A stretch of DNA of 48,088 nt from sequence record DRR723986_712, one strand, 5' to 3'. Positions 9,860 through 19,171 of this stretch are shown here, piece by piece. How positions within the stretch are numbered: the first letter of the stretch is position 1; the number at the start of each line of letters is the position of its first letter. The notes beneath the pieces were generated by a model, which saw only the letters and a program-made list of their open reading frames with translations, was not told the DNA's origin and did not search any database. The position numbers were made by a program, and so were the translations under genes.

Positions 9860-10147
9860 TATTCCGTACGACCCGATGATATCGAGTTCATACAAAGAAA
9901 ATTTCTCATACTCACGGACTTCGTTGGGCAACTAGATGACATCATTCGGCCATTTGATGAGCAGATTACCGAATTTATCCAGCGAGATTTTGCGTTCATA
10001 CTGGAAGATACGAAAGTGAGCTTCCGTCCTCCTTATGAAGAACTTAGCGCAAAGAAAGTCGAGCAGGAAAAAGACAGAATTGCGAATTCCGCCAGCTATG
10101 TGCTTGGGTTGTCAGACGTCCAATTGCGAGAATCCAACTTGATTTGA
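9860..10147 (+). pseudogene. Start-less low-GC open frame, probable foreign gene remnant
   Basis: 95 open codons after in-frame TGA 9857-9859 (YSVRPDDIEFIQRKFLILTDFVGQLDDIIRPF...RESNLI*); about 44% GC by hand count, well below the flanks. Confidence 0.45.
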
Positions 10148-10163
10148 ACCAACGCTTTGAGTG

Positions 10164-11408
10164 TCAGTCATTCTTCCCGAATTTCCGGTCGCGTCCGGCC
10201 AGCAGGCGCAGCCGCAGTGCGTTCAGGCGGATGAAGCCTTCGGCGTCTTTCTGGTCGTAGGCGCCGTGGTCGTCTTCGAACGTCACGATCTTCTCCGAGT
10301 ACAGAGAATATGGGCTGGAGCGGCCGATCAGGTAGGCCTGGCCCTTGTAGAGCTTGATCTTCACTTCGCCGCTGACATAGCGCTGGGAATGGTCGATGGC
10401 GGCCTGCAGCATTTCGCGCTCCGGGCTCCACCAGAAACCGTTATAGATGAGCTCCGCATATTTCGGCATCAACTCGTCTTTCAGGTGCGCGGCGCCGCGG
10501 TCGAGCGTGGCCTGTTCGATGCCGCGGTGGGCGACCAGCAGGATCGTGCCGCCGGGCGTCTCATAGATGCCGCGGGACTTCATGCCCACAAAGCGGTTTT
10601 CCAGAAGGTCCAGCCGGCCGATGCCGTGCTTCTTGCCATAGGCGTTCAGCGCCGTCAGCAGCGTTGCCGGGCTCATCTCCTCGCCATTGATCGAACAGGC
10701 ATCGCCCTTCTCGAAACCGATGGTGATGATCTCCGGCTCGTCCGGGGCTTCTTCCGGGGAAATCGTGCGCATATGGACGAATTCCGGCGCGGGCTGGGCC
10801 GGGTCTTCCAGCACTTTGCCCTCGGAGGAGGAGTGCAGCAGGTTTGCGTCGACGGAGAAGGGGGCCTCGCCGCGCTTGTCCTTGGCGATCTCGATGCCGT
10901 GGGATTCGGCGAATTTCAGGAGGTCCGTCCGGGACTTGAAATCCCAGTCGCGCCACGGGGCGATGACTTTGATGTCAGGGTTCAGGCCGTAATAGCCGAG
11001 CTCGAAGCGGACCTGGTCATTGCCCTTGCCGGTGGCGCCGTGGCAGACCGCGTCGGCGCCGACCATGTCGGCAATCTCGATTTGTCTTTTCGCGATGAGT
11101 GGCCGGGCGATGGAGGTGCCGAGCAGGTAGACGCCCTCATAGACGGCATTGGCGCGGAACATGGGGAAGACATAGTCGCGCACGAAATCCTCGCGCACAT
11201 CCTCGATGAAGATGTTTTCCGGCTTCACCCCGGCGGCGAGCGCTTTCTTGCGCGCCGGTTCCAGTTCCTCGCCCTGGCCGAGGTCTGCGGTGAAAGTCAC
11301 AACTTCTGCGCCGAACTCGGTTTGCAGCCATTTCAGGATGATCGAGGTGTCGAGACCCCCGGAATAGGCAAGAACGACCTTTTTCGGGGCGGATTTCGGC
11401 GTGGACAT
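10164..11408 (-). CDS. argG: Argininosuccinate synthase
   Basis: [46 protein letters not shown]. Confidence 0.98.
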   Translation of the reverse strand: MSTPKSAPKKVVLAYSGGLDTSIILKWLQTEFGAEVVTFTADLGQGEELEPARKKALAAGVKPENIFIEDVREDFVRDYVFPMFRANAVYEGVYLLGTSIARPLIAKRQIEIADMVGADAVCHGATGKGNDQVRFELGYYGLNPDIKVIAPWRDWDFKSRTDLLKFAESHGIEIAKDKRGEAPFSVDANLLHSSSEGKVLEDPAQPAPEFVHMRTISPEEAPDEPEIITIGFEKGDACSINGEEMSPATLLTALNAYGKKHGIGRLDLLENRFVGMKSRGIYETPGGTILLVAHRGIEQATLDRGAAHLKDELMPKYAELIYNGFWWSPEREMLQAAIDHSQRYVSGEVKIKLYKGQAYLIGRSSPYSLYSEKIVTFEDDHGAYDQKDAEGFIRLNALRLRLLAGRDRKFGKND

Positions 11409-11584
11409 GGAGAATTTTTCCCTGAGCGCTGCAGCTTGAGGCTGTTGCATTAAGGCGACGGCTGGCCCGTGACAAGCGGGGAGCCGCTATCGAGTAGCTT
11501 TCGAAGCGCCATGGTTTTCGTTACATTAATCGTTTACCGTAACTTAGAGGGCAGGTTAATCGTCTGCACTGTGGGGTTAAGGTC

Positions 11585-13609
11585 ATGATCGACAGGCAAA
11601 ACGACGGAAACGGAGCGGCCGCGAAGGCCGCAGATGCTGGGTCTTTCCGGGCCCGGCTGATGGCGCGCCAGGCGGCGCGGCCACAGTCCACGCTCGCCAT
11701 TGATTCCGGCATTCTCTACCGGCCGGGCGCCTCCAGCACGCCGGAAACCCGCCGCGCGGCCGATGCGGTCCGCGAAGAGGCCCGCCGCCGCCGGGCCGAG
11801 GCGGAAGCGGCCGCGAAGGCGGAAGCGGTTGCCAGGGCCGAAGCTGAACGCATCCGTGCCGCCTCCGTGGTCGAGGTTCCGGCAGCCGAGGCGAAAGCCC
11901 CGCCGAGCGATGAGGAACTGGTCTCGGTCATCGAGGAAGTCGCTGCCTGCAAGGAAGAAGAGCGCCGTGCACCGGCTGCCGCGATCGTTCCGGCAGCCGC
12001 GGCGGCAACGGCCCGTCCGGAGGTCCGCCCTCAGCTTGCCGAGCATGAGGCGCACGAAGACGTCTCCACCCGTATGGGCGATGTCTCGCAGCTGGCCTTT
12101 GCAGGGCTTGCGATCCTGGGGCTCGCCGGCCTCTCCGTCCTGGCCGCGCAGAATGCCCTTAAGAATAAAGACAAGGCGGCAGAGCCTGTCACTGACACGA
12201 CCGAAACCGGCGCCCTCGCCCCGGCGCTGAAGCCGGGTGGGGCGTCTGCCGTGGCACTTGCCAGCGCAGCCGAGCCTGCCGCGCCGAAAGCCTGGTTCAA
12301 TTACCAGGGCGTCGCCGACATGCTGGCCGAGCGCAAGGCCGAGATGGAAGCCGAAGCGAAGCTCGCCCAGGAAGCCGCCGAGAAAGAAGCCCGCCTGCGC
12401 GCCGCCAAGGCTATCGCCAATGCCGAAGCCGCACGCGTGGCGGAAGAGGAGGCTGCCGCGGCGGCTGCTGCCGAAGAGGCCCGCCTTGCGGAGGAAGCCG
12501 AACGCAAGCGCCTCGCCGACGCTGAAGCGGCCCGCGTGGCTGAGGTCGAAGCCGACCGGCTCGCCCGCCTTGACGCCGCGCGTCAGGCCGCCGCCGCAGC
12601 CGAAGCCCAGCGCCTCGCTGACCTTGAAGCCAAACGCCTTGCTGAGGCTGATGCCGAGGCCCAGCGCCTTGCAAATCTGGACGCGCAGCGCCTTGCGAAA
12701 CTGCGGGCCGACCGCGAAGCCGCCGAAGCCGCCGCCCGCCAGGAAGCCTTCGAGCTTGCCAAGTCACAGGAGGCTGAGCGCCTTCGCCTTGCCGCGCTGA
12801 AGGCGCAGGCAGAGGCCGATGCTGCCGAAGCCCGCCGTCTGGAACAGGTTGCCGCTCAGGCCGCCGCAGATCGTCTGGCCGCTGAAAAGCTGCTGGCCGA
12901 ACAGCGCGCGCAGCAGCCGCGCGTACAACAGGTTACCGCGCCTGCGCCGGCCGAGCCGAAAGCTGCCCCGGCGCCGAAGCCGGAGCCCATCGTCTTTACG
13001 GCCTATGAAGGCCCTGTGCCCGTGCCGGCCTCCTACAAGCCGCAGAAACCGGCCCAGCTGATCCGTGCCTCCTATTCGCCGGACGGTGGCAAGACCGTGA
13101 CGCGCAAGGCGCCGCCCGCGCTGACCGCCAGCAAGGCCGAAGTCCGCAACATGGCCGACACCATCAGCCTGCAGACGCCGGAAGCCTTCCTCGCGGGGCG
13201 GATCGAGCGAACGGCGGCCGAGCCGATGCCGACCGAGGACATGGACCTTGTGCGCCAGGCCTTCCGCAACATTCTCGACAATGGCGCCGACGGATCGAAA
13301 CAGGCAATCATCACGCCGGATGGCCGCACACTGACCATCGTCCTTGAGCGAACCGTTTCCCGCGAAATGGGCCAGTCTACTGTGCGCACCGTCACCTACA
13401 CGCCGGGCGTCAGCCAGGTGACCCGTGTGGTGACCGAGCAGGCGCCGGTGACGGTCAGCGTCATGTGCCGCGATGTGGCCTATGCCTTTGCCGGGCAGGA
13501 GCGCGGCCGCTTTGCCGCCTGCCAGGCGCCGGAAGGCGGCTGGACGCTGGCCCGTGCCACCGATGTGGTGAAGGTGACGACCGCCAGCCTGCCTAATTCC
13601 GCGTCCTGA
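11585..13609 (+). CDS. Large single-pass membrane protein with Ala/Glu-rich coiled coil and C-terminal two-Cys domain
   Basis: TM LAFAGLAILGLAGLSVLAA; repeated EAxRLA heptad/octad units; Pro-rich linker; C-terminal CRDV...AACQAPEGGW; host-like codon usage. Confidence 0.8.
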   Translation: MIDRQNDGNGAAAKAADAGSFRARLMARQAARPQSTLAIDSGILYRPGASSTPETRRAADAVREEARRRRAEAEAAAKAEAVARAEAERIRAASVVEVPAAEAKAPPSDEELVSVIEEVAACKEEERRAPAAAIVPAAAAATARPEVRPQLAEHEAHEDVSTRMGDVSQLAFAGLAILGLAGLSVLAAQNALKNKDKAAEPVTDTTETGALAPALKPGGASAVALASAAEPAAPKAWFNYQGVADMLAERKAEMEAEAKLAQEAAEKEARLRAAKAIANAEAARVAEEEAAAAAAAEEARLAEEAERKRLADAEAARVAEVEADRLARLDAARQAAAAAEAQRLADLEAKRLAEADAEAQRLANLDAQRLAKLRADREAAEAAARQEAFELAKSQEAERLRLAALKAQAEADAAEARRLEQVAAQAAADRLAAEKLLAEQRAQQPRVQQVTAPAPAEPKAAPAPKPEPIVFTAYEGPVPVPASYKPQKPAQLIRASYSPDGGKTVTRKAPPALTASKAEVRNMADTISLQTPEAFLAGRIERTAAEPMPTEDMDLVRQAFRNILDNGADGSKQAIITPDGRTLTIVLERTVSREMGQSTVRTVTYTPGVSQVTRVVTEQAPVTVSVMCRDVAYAFAGQERGRFAACQAPEGGWTLARATDVVKVTTASLPNSAS

Positions 13610-14030
13610 CAGGCCTGGCCCCGGCTGACGCAGCATGCGCCTCGGCCCGGCGGATGAGATGCTTCTGCACGATGCGGAAGTTCTTCCGGTTTGACTGGAA
13701 GAAGATGTCGAACACATCGCCCGCGACCGGGACCGAGCCCACCGCCGTGTCGAAGACCAGGTTCCAGACAATCCCGACCGAAGCCGATGCGGGCAGTTTC
13801 AGCCGCCATGCCGTGACGAGGGCGTGCAGACCAGCTGCGCCGGTGGCCACGTCGCCGGCAATCGGGACGAGGCCCAGCACCGAATCGAGGCCGAAATTCA
13901 CGCCCATCATGCCGAAGCGGGAATCGAGCAGGCGGGATACCGCATCCAGTGCGGCAAGTTCCTGACCAATCGTGCGCCCGTTCGGCAGCATCATGGCGCG
14001 GATTTCGTCTTCCGTTGGTTTCCTGGCCAT
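13593..14030 (-). CDS. DUF4112-family membrane protein
   Basis: GGAG RBS; LLDSRF...FGLDSVLGLVPIAGD, GSVPVAGDVFDIFFQSNRKN. Confidence 0.85.
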   Translation of the reverse strand: MARKPTEDEIRAMMLPNGRTIGQELAALDAVSRLLDSRFGMMGVNFGLDSVLGLVPIAGDVATGAAGLHALVTAWRLKLPASASVGIVWNLVFDTAVGSVPVAGDVFDIFFQSNRKNFRIVQKHLIRRAEAHAASAGARPVRTRN

Positions 14031-14102
14031 CTGCGTCTCCCCGCGAAGCCCGGCAAGCTTGCCGCAATTGCCAGCCCGCGCAAAGCCTGCTGAATAGCGG
14101 GC

Positions 14103-14453
14103 ATGAGCCAAACCAGCGAAACCCATGTCTACAAATTGCTGACCGGTGCCGACTGGCAGGCTGCGTCGACCGTGGGCGTGACCTGCGCTGAAGTCGATGA
14201 GAAGGACGGCTATGTTCATCTCTCGACGCGGGAGCAGGTGACCGAGACCGCGCGGCTGCATTTTGCCGGGGCAGAGGGCGTGCGCCTGTTGCGCTTCGCG
14301 GTCGCGGACCTGCCGCCACTGACATGGGAGCCGAGCCGGGGCGGGCAGATGTTCCCGCATCTTTATGCGCCGCTTGAAGTGTCGCTGGCCGAGGCCGTCT
14401 GGCATCTGATGCGGGGGGCGGACGGGTCGCTCCGCTTTCCGGAGGATTATTGA
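14103..14453 (+). CDS. DUF952-family protein
   Basis: VYKLL...W, D.KDGYVHLST..QV..TA..HF, WEPSRGGQMFPHLYAPL. Confidence 0.88.
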   Translation: MSQTSETHVYKLLTGADWQAASTVGVTCAEVDEKDGYVHLSTREQVTETARLHFAGAEGVRLLRFAVADLPPLTWEPSRGGQMFPHLYAPLEVSLAEAVWHLMRGADGSLRFPEDY

Positions 14454-15505
14454 TGAGCCTGACCGACCTCGGCGCGGAGATCGTCAAACTGTTGCCGCCG
14501 GAAGCGGCGCACACGGCAACCATCCGGGCGCTGAAGCTGCGCCTTGGCGTGCCGCTCAATCCGCCGCTGGCAGATCCGGTTCTGGAAACGGTGCTTCCCA
14601 AGTCCGGCCTGAAACTGCCATCGCCCGTCGGGCTGGCCGCCGGGTTCGACAAGAATTGCGACGTGCCGGACGCGATGGCGAAATTCGGGTTCGGCTTTGT
14701 CGAATGCGGTACGGTTACGCCGCGCCCGCAGCCGGGTAATCCGAAACCGCGCCTGTTCCGCCTCAACGAAGACCGGGCCGTGATCAACCGGATGGGTTTC
14801 AATAATGCGGGGCTCGACTATTTCGTCCGCAATCTGAAAACCTATCGCGGCGAAGTACCGGTAGGCGCGAATGTCGGCGCGAACAAGGACAGCGAGGACC
14901 GGATCGCCGATTATGTGACCGGTATTGAAGCCGTCGCCCCGCATGCGGACTATGTGACAATCAATATTTCCTCGCCCAACACGCCGGGCCTGCGCGGCTT
15001 GCAGGATCGCGCCTCGCTGGAGGCGTTGTTGACGGCGTGCGGCGCGGCAGACCGGTCGGGCAAGCCGGTCTTCCTGAAAGTGGCGCCCGATCTCGACGAA
15101 CAGGCGATCGCAGACATCGTGGACGTCGTGCGCGGGCCGGGCGCATGGCTGTCGGGCCTGATCGTGTCGAACACGACACTGGCCCGGCCGGAGTTTCTGA
15201 AAAGTTCCCATAAGGGGGAGACAGGCGGGCTCTCGGGTGCGCCGCTGATGGGACCGTCCACGGAGGTTCTGTCGGCCTTTGCCCATGCGCTGAAGGGTGA
15301 GTTTGACCTGATCGGGGCAGGGGGCATCGCCAGCGCGGCGGACGCCTATGCCAAGATCCGCGCCGGGGCGAATGCCGTGCAGCTTTACTCTGCCATGGTC
15401 TATGAAGGGCCGGGCCTCTCGCAGAGCATCAACAAGGGCCTGCCTGCCTTGTTGAGGGCGGACGGGTTTGAAAAGCTCACCGATGCGGTCGGGACGGACC
15501 TCTAG
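14453..15505 (+). CDS. pyrD: Quinone-dependent dihydroorotate dehydrogenase
   Basis: GLAAGFDKN, GTVTPRPQPGNPKPRLFRL, INRMGFNN, NISSPNTPGLR, GGLSG. Confidence 0.97.
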   Translation: MSLTDLGAEIVKLLPPEAAHTATIRALKLRLGVPLNPPLADPVLETVLPKSGLKLPSPVGLAAGFDKNCDVPDAMAKFGFGFVECGTVTPRPQPGNPKPRLFRLNEDRAVINRMGFNNAGLDYFVRNLKTYRGEVPVGANVGANKDSEDRIADYVTGIEAVAPHADYVTINISSPNTPGLRGLQDRASLEALLTACGAADRSGKPVFLKVAPDLDEQAIADIVDVVRGPGAWLSGLIVSNTTLARPEFLKSSHKGETGGLSGAPLMGPSTEVLSAFAHALKGEFDLIGAGGIASAADAYAKIRAGANAVQLYSAMVYEGPGLSQSINKGLPALLRADGFEKLTDAVGTDL

Positions 15506-16791
15506 GCTGTCTGCAGCCGCCGGAACAGGCCGGGCACATAGATGCCCAGCGCGGCGGCGCGATAGAGATACATCAGCAGGAACGCGGTCCAGACGCCGGT
15601 ATTGCCATAGAGCGGGCGCAGGATCAGATCTGTGCTGATATACAGCACAGCCACAGCCACGCCGGCATTGCGCAGAGCCCGGCCTTGCGTGGTGCCGAGG
15701 AAGAGACCGTCCAGCTGCCAGGGGGCAATACCGATCAGCGGTACCAGGGCGCAATAGGGCAGGTAGGCGAGCGCGGCATCCCGCGCTTCGACGTCCCGCA
15801 CAAAGGTCGTGATCACCCAGCCCCCGCCGAAGAAATAGAGGAGCGCGAAGGCGAGCCCGGCAATCAGGGCGAACTCCGTCGTCAGCCGCATGGCGCGTGC
15901 GAGGCGCGGCGCGCTGTTCGCGCCATAGGCTTCCCCGGCTTCCTTCTCCGCGACGAAGGCAAACCCGTCGAGCACGAAGGCCGCGACGGTGATGAACTGT
16001 AGCAGGACCTCATTGCCCGCCGTGACCGCGGTGGAAATCAGCGTGCCCGACCTGACGAACCAGCCGAAGCAGAGCACCAGCGCCAGCGTACGGATCATGA
16101 TGTCCCGGTTGGCGCCGAACAGGGCGGCAAGGCGCGCGCGGTCGAACAATGGTGCTGCACCCCGGAAGGCCGGGAAGACCAGCGCCAGGCCAAAGAGCAG
16201 CGCCGTCCATTCCGCAATCGCCGTGCCTGCGCCGATGCCCGCCGGACCGAGCCCGAGACCGGCGACGAACCAGGTATCCAGCCCGGCATTCACCGTGTTC
16301 ATGATGATCTGGAAGGCGAGCATCTGGCCGGTCTTGCCGGAGCCCAGCATCCAGCCGGTCACGGCGAGGCCCATGAGGTAGGCCGGCGCGCCCCAGATGC
16401 GCGCATCGAAATAGGCCCCGGCGAGCGTCTCCACATGGTCGGTGCTGGCGAAGGCCGCGAAGGCGAGTGGTTTCAGGATGGGGGAGAGAATCAAAAGGGC
16501 GAGGCCGATGGCACCGCCCATTGAGAGCGCGCGGAGCAATACGGCGCGCTTTTCCGCTTCATCGTCCCGGCCAGCTGCTTGAGCCGAGAGGCCGGTGGTC
16601 GACATGCGCAGGAAGCCGAAGCCCCAATAGATGAAACTGTAGGCGACGGCGGCGATGGCCACCGCGGCGAGGTCTGCCTTGTCGCCGAACCGGCCCATGA
16701 CGGCGGTATCGACAATGCCGGTCGTAGCGGTTGCCGCCTGGGCGGCGATGATCGGCAGGGCGAGCTGCAGGGTCTTCTGGCGGGTCAGCAT
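15502..16791 (-). CDS. MATE efflux transporter (DinF-like)
   Basis: LALPII, DTAVMG, FGFLRMSTTGL.AQA.G; about 12 TM segments. Confidence 0.9.
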   Translation of the reverse strand: MLTRQKTLQLALPIIAAQAATATTGIVDTAVMGRFGDKADLAAVAIAAVAYSFIYWGFGFLRMSTTGLSAQAAGRDDEAEKRAVLLRALSMGGAIGLALLILSPILKPLAFAAFASTDHVETLAGAYFDARIWGAPAYLMGLAVTGWMLGSGKTGQMLAFQIIMNTVNAGLDTWFVAGLGLGPAGIGAGTAIAEWTALLFGLALVFPAFRGAAPLFDRARLAALFGANRDIMIRTLALVLCFGWFVRSGTLISTAVTAGNEVLLQFITVAAFVLDGFAFVAEKEAGEAYGANSAPRLARAMRLTTEFALIAGLAFALLYFFGGGWVITTFVRDVEARDAALAYLPYCALVPLIGIAPWQLDGLFLGTTQGRALRNAGVAVAVLYISTDLILRPLYGNTGVWTAFLLMYLYRAAALGIYVPGLFRRLQTA

Positions 16792-16820
16792 GGGAGGCGG
16801 GGTTTAGACCGCTTTGCGCC

Positions 16821-17624
16821 TCAGGGCGAGGGCGGTGGTTCTGCCGGCGCACCCGGGCGCTGGTGCAGTTCGATGGCGCGGTAGAGCGCGTCGGAATCCG
16901 GCAGCGAGACCATCAGATAGACCGGGAAGGCAGCGGCGATCACGAACAGGGCAATCGGAATGCCGCGCGAGAATTTCGGCGGCTCAGGGTGCTTGGCGAC
17001 CGCGATGGCCAGCATGACGAGGAACAGGCCCGCCAGGGCGTATCCTGCCAGCACGTCGCTGAACCAGTGGGCGCCAAGATACATGCGCGAAACCCCGATC
17101 ATCGCGACCAGAAGCAGGAAGGATCCGGTCAGGCCCCAGCGCATCCAGCCGCGAAAGGTGACGAAGGTCAGCCCGGCAATGGCGCCATAGATCAGCGCGG
17201 AATGGGCGACATGGCTGGACGGGAAGCTGAACATGTCAACGCCCGTATACGGAAGGTCCGATGGGCGGGGCCGGGCGATCCAGAGCTTGATCGTGTGCAC
17301 CACGACCGGCATCGACCCGAAGCAGAGCGTGTAACACATGGCCCGCCAGCGGGCGCCGGTGAAAAGGAAGGACGCAACGGTGACCACGGCCGCCAGCGTC
17401 AGGAACAGGCCGTCCCCCAGTGCGGTGACGACAAGCATCAGATCATAGAGCGATCTGCCGCGTGCCCCATCGACCAGATTGTCGACCAGGCGGTCTATCG
17501 GGGTGAGGGGCCAGAAACCGGCCGCGCCTGCGGTGAGAATGACGAGCACAAGGATGGCCACGCCCGCTCCCCAGCCAAGCTGGCGGCTGCCAAAGGTCGG
17601 AACGGTGCGCGGGCGCCGTCTCAC
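16821..17624 (-). CDS. PAP2-family membrane phosphatase (start uncertain)
   Basis: K..IARPRP, SFPSSH, SRMYLGAHWFSDV. Confidence 0.88.
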   Translation of the reverse strand: MRRRPRTVPTFGSRQLGWGAGVAILVLVILTAGAAGFWPLTPIDRLVDNLVDGARGRSLYDLMLVVTALGDGLFLTLAAVVTVASFLFTGARWRAMCYTLCFGSMPVVVHTIKLWIARPRPSDLPYTGVDMFSFPSSHVAHSALIYGAIAGLTFVTFRGWMRWGLTGSFLLLVAMIGVSRMYLGAHWFSDVLAGYALAGLFLVMLAIAVAKHPEPPKFSRGIPIALFVIAAAFPVYLMVSLPDSDALYRAIELHQRPGAPAEPPPSP

Positions 17625-17695
17625 GCGGGGGCGTGCTTTCCTGTCAATGTCATACGCAACACGGGAAGTCCCTCATCGCCCGAATTCAACCCCGA

Positions 17696-17727
17696 TACTG
17701 CCCTTGAGCATAGGCCCAAGGGCAGTA
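17696..17727 (-). terminator. Hairpin downstream of the symporter gene
   Basis: Perfect 11-bp inverted repeat TACTGCCCTTG / CAAGGGCAGTA, 10 nt after the stop. Confidence 0.6.
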
Positions 17728-17737
17728 CTGGAAAAGG

Positions 17738-19039
17738 TCAAACCGGATCGCGGGCGATATAGATGTCGTAGTCGAACTCGTTTTCCCATTTGGCAACGGC
17801 GGTCGCCACGGTGGCATCCCCCGTCACATTGGTGAGGGTCCGCATCATGTCGAGCAGCCGGTCGAAGGGCAGGATGAAGCCGATCACGAGATAGGCAGTT
17901 TCCTGCGGAATGCCGACCTGTTGCAGGGCCATGCCGGACAGGAGCAGGCCTGCGCTGGGAATGCCGGCGGCGCCGATCGAGACCAGCGTCGCCATCAGGG
18001 CGACCAGAACATACTGGCCGAGCGTGACCTCCACGCCGAGCGCCTGTGCGCCGAAGAGGGCAACCATGCCGATATAGATGGCCGTACCGTCCATGTTGAT
18101 CGTGGCGCCCAGCGGCAGGACGGAACCCGCGATGGATTTGTCGACGCCCAGGTTTTCCTCGGCACAGGCGATGGTCACCGGCAGGGTCGCGCTGGAAGAC
18201 GAGGTCGAATAGGCGACGGCCTGCGCATCAGTGACACCGCGGAAGAACGGCATCAGCGGCAGGCGCAGGACGAATTTGATGATCCCGCCATAGGTGATGA
18301 TGATGTGCAGGAAACAGGCGAGGTAGAGCGCGATGGCGAGGACGCCGAGGCTCTGCAGGATGCCGAGGCCCTGTGTGGCCAGCACCCAGGTCATCAGGGC
18401 GAACACACCGAACGGGGCGGTTTCCATCACGAATTCGGTGACTTTCATCATCACTTCGGCGGCGCCGTCGAAGAAGGCGGCAACCGGTTTGCCCAAATCC
18501 CCGGCGATCATGATGCCGACACCGAACAGGATGGCGAAGAAGATCACCTGCAGGATGTCGCCATTGGCGAGGGCTTCGAACGGGTTGGTTGGCACGATGG
18601 CGAGAAAGCGTTCGACGAAGCCGCCTGCCTGATCCGCTTTTTCGGCGATGTTCTGCATCGCGCTGCCATCGACGCCTTCGAACATTTCAGGCGACAGGCT
18701 GGCGCCCGGCTGGAAGAGGGTGGCCATGATCAGGCCCAGCGTAACGGCGATGGCCGTGGTGCCGAAATAGAGGCCGATCGTGCGCAGGCCGAGGCTGCCA
18801 AGCCGCTTCGGGTCGCCCATGGCGATCATACCGGACACGAGCGTGAAGAAGACAAGCGGGACAACCAGCATCCGGATCAGGCGAAGGAACAGGTCTCCCA
18901 GCCATTTGACCCAATCCGTCGCGAAAATCGCAGCCGCATCCGGACCCAAGGTCGAACGCAGGGCGATGCCCGCGAGCGTGCCGAGCACCAGTGCAGCGAT
19001 CACGCGCTTCCACAGGTCAATTCCAAACCACCACTTCAT
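17738..19039 (-). CDS. Dicarboxylate/amino acid:cation symporter (DAACS, GltP/GltT type)
   Basis: GAGGGAG RBS; FLRLIRMLVVPLVF, YSTSSSSATLP, PLGATINMDGT, DRLLDMMRTLTNVTGD. Confidence 0.93.
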   Translation of the reverse strand: MKWWFGIDLWKRVIAALVLGTLAGIALRSTLGPDAAAIFATDWVKWLGDLFLRLIRMLVVPLVFFTLVSGMIAMGDPKRLGSLGLRTIGLYFGTTAIAVTLGLIMATLFQPGASLSPEMFEGVDGSAMQNIAEKADQAGGFVERFLAIVPTNPFEALANGDILQVIFFAILFGVGIMIAGDLGKPVAAFFDGAAEVMMKVTEFVMETAPFGVFALMTWVLATQGLGILQSLGVLAIALYLACFLHIIITYGGIIKFVLRLPLMPFFRGVTDAQAVAYSTSSSSATLPVTIACAEENLGVDKSIAGSVLPLGATINMDGTAIYIGMVALFGAQALGVEVTLGQYVLVALMATLVSIGAAGIPSAGLLLSGMALQQVGIPQETAYLVIGFILPFDRLLDMMRTLTNVTGDATVATAVAKWENEFDYDIYIARDPV

Positions 19040-19171
19040 CCACAGCTCCCTCAAAAGTTGGCCAGACCCTAGGGAGGAGATCATGGGAAGGCAATTGGGG
19101 CTTTGTCCGGCACTGTAATCGGACCGCCAGTGCTTGCCAGAGGGGCAGGGGCGGCCTTATTGCGGCAAGGG

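Noticed and set aside
9699..9999. Short track ORFs 9699..9935, 9749..9931 and 9760..9999
   Set aside because: No RBS or motif support; more likely by-products of the degraded low-GC relic.
10161..11453. 430-aa plus-strand ORF
   Set aside because: Antisense shadow of argG; long antisense frames are expected with high GC3.
12340..12910. Repetitive DNA (GCCGAAGCC, CGCCTTGC) as a possible CRISPR or tandem array
   Set aside because: No fixed-length repeat with unique spacers; fully explained by Ala/Glu/Arg coiled-coil coding. No cas genes.
11585..13609. Calling the coiled-coil protein TolA
   Set aside because: Only compositional similarity; topology, C-terminal domain and gene context do not match.
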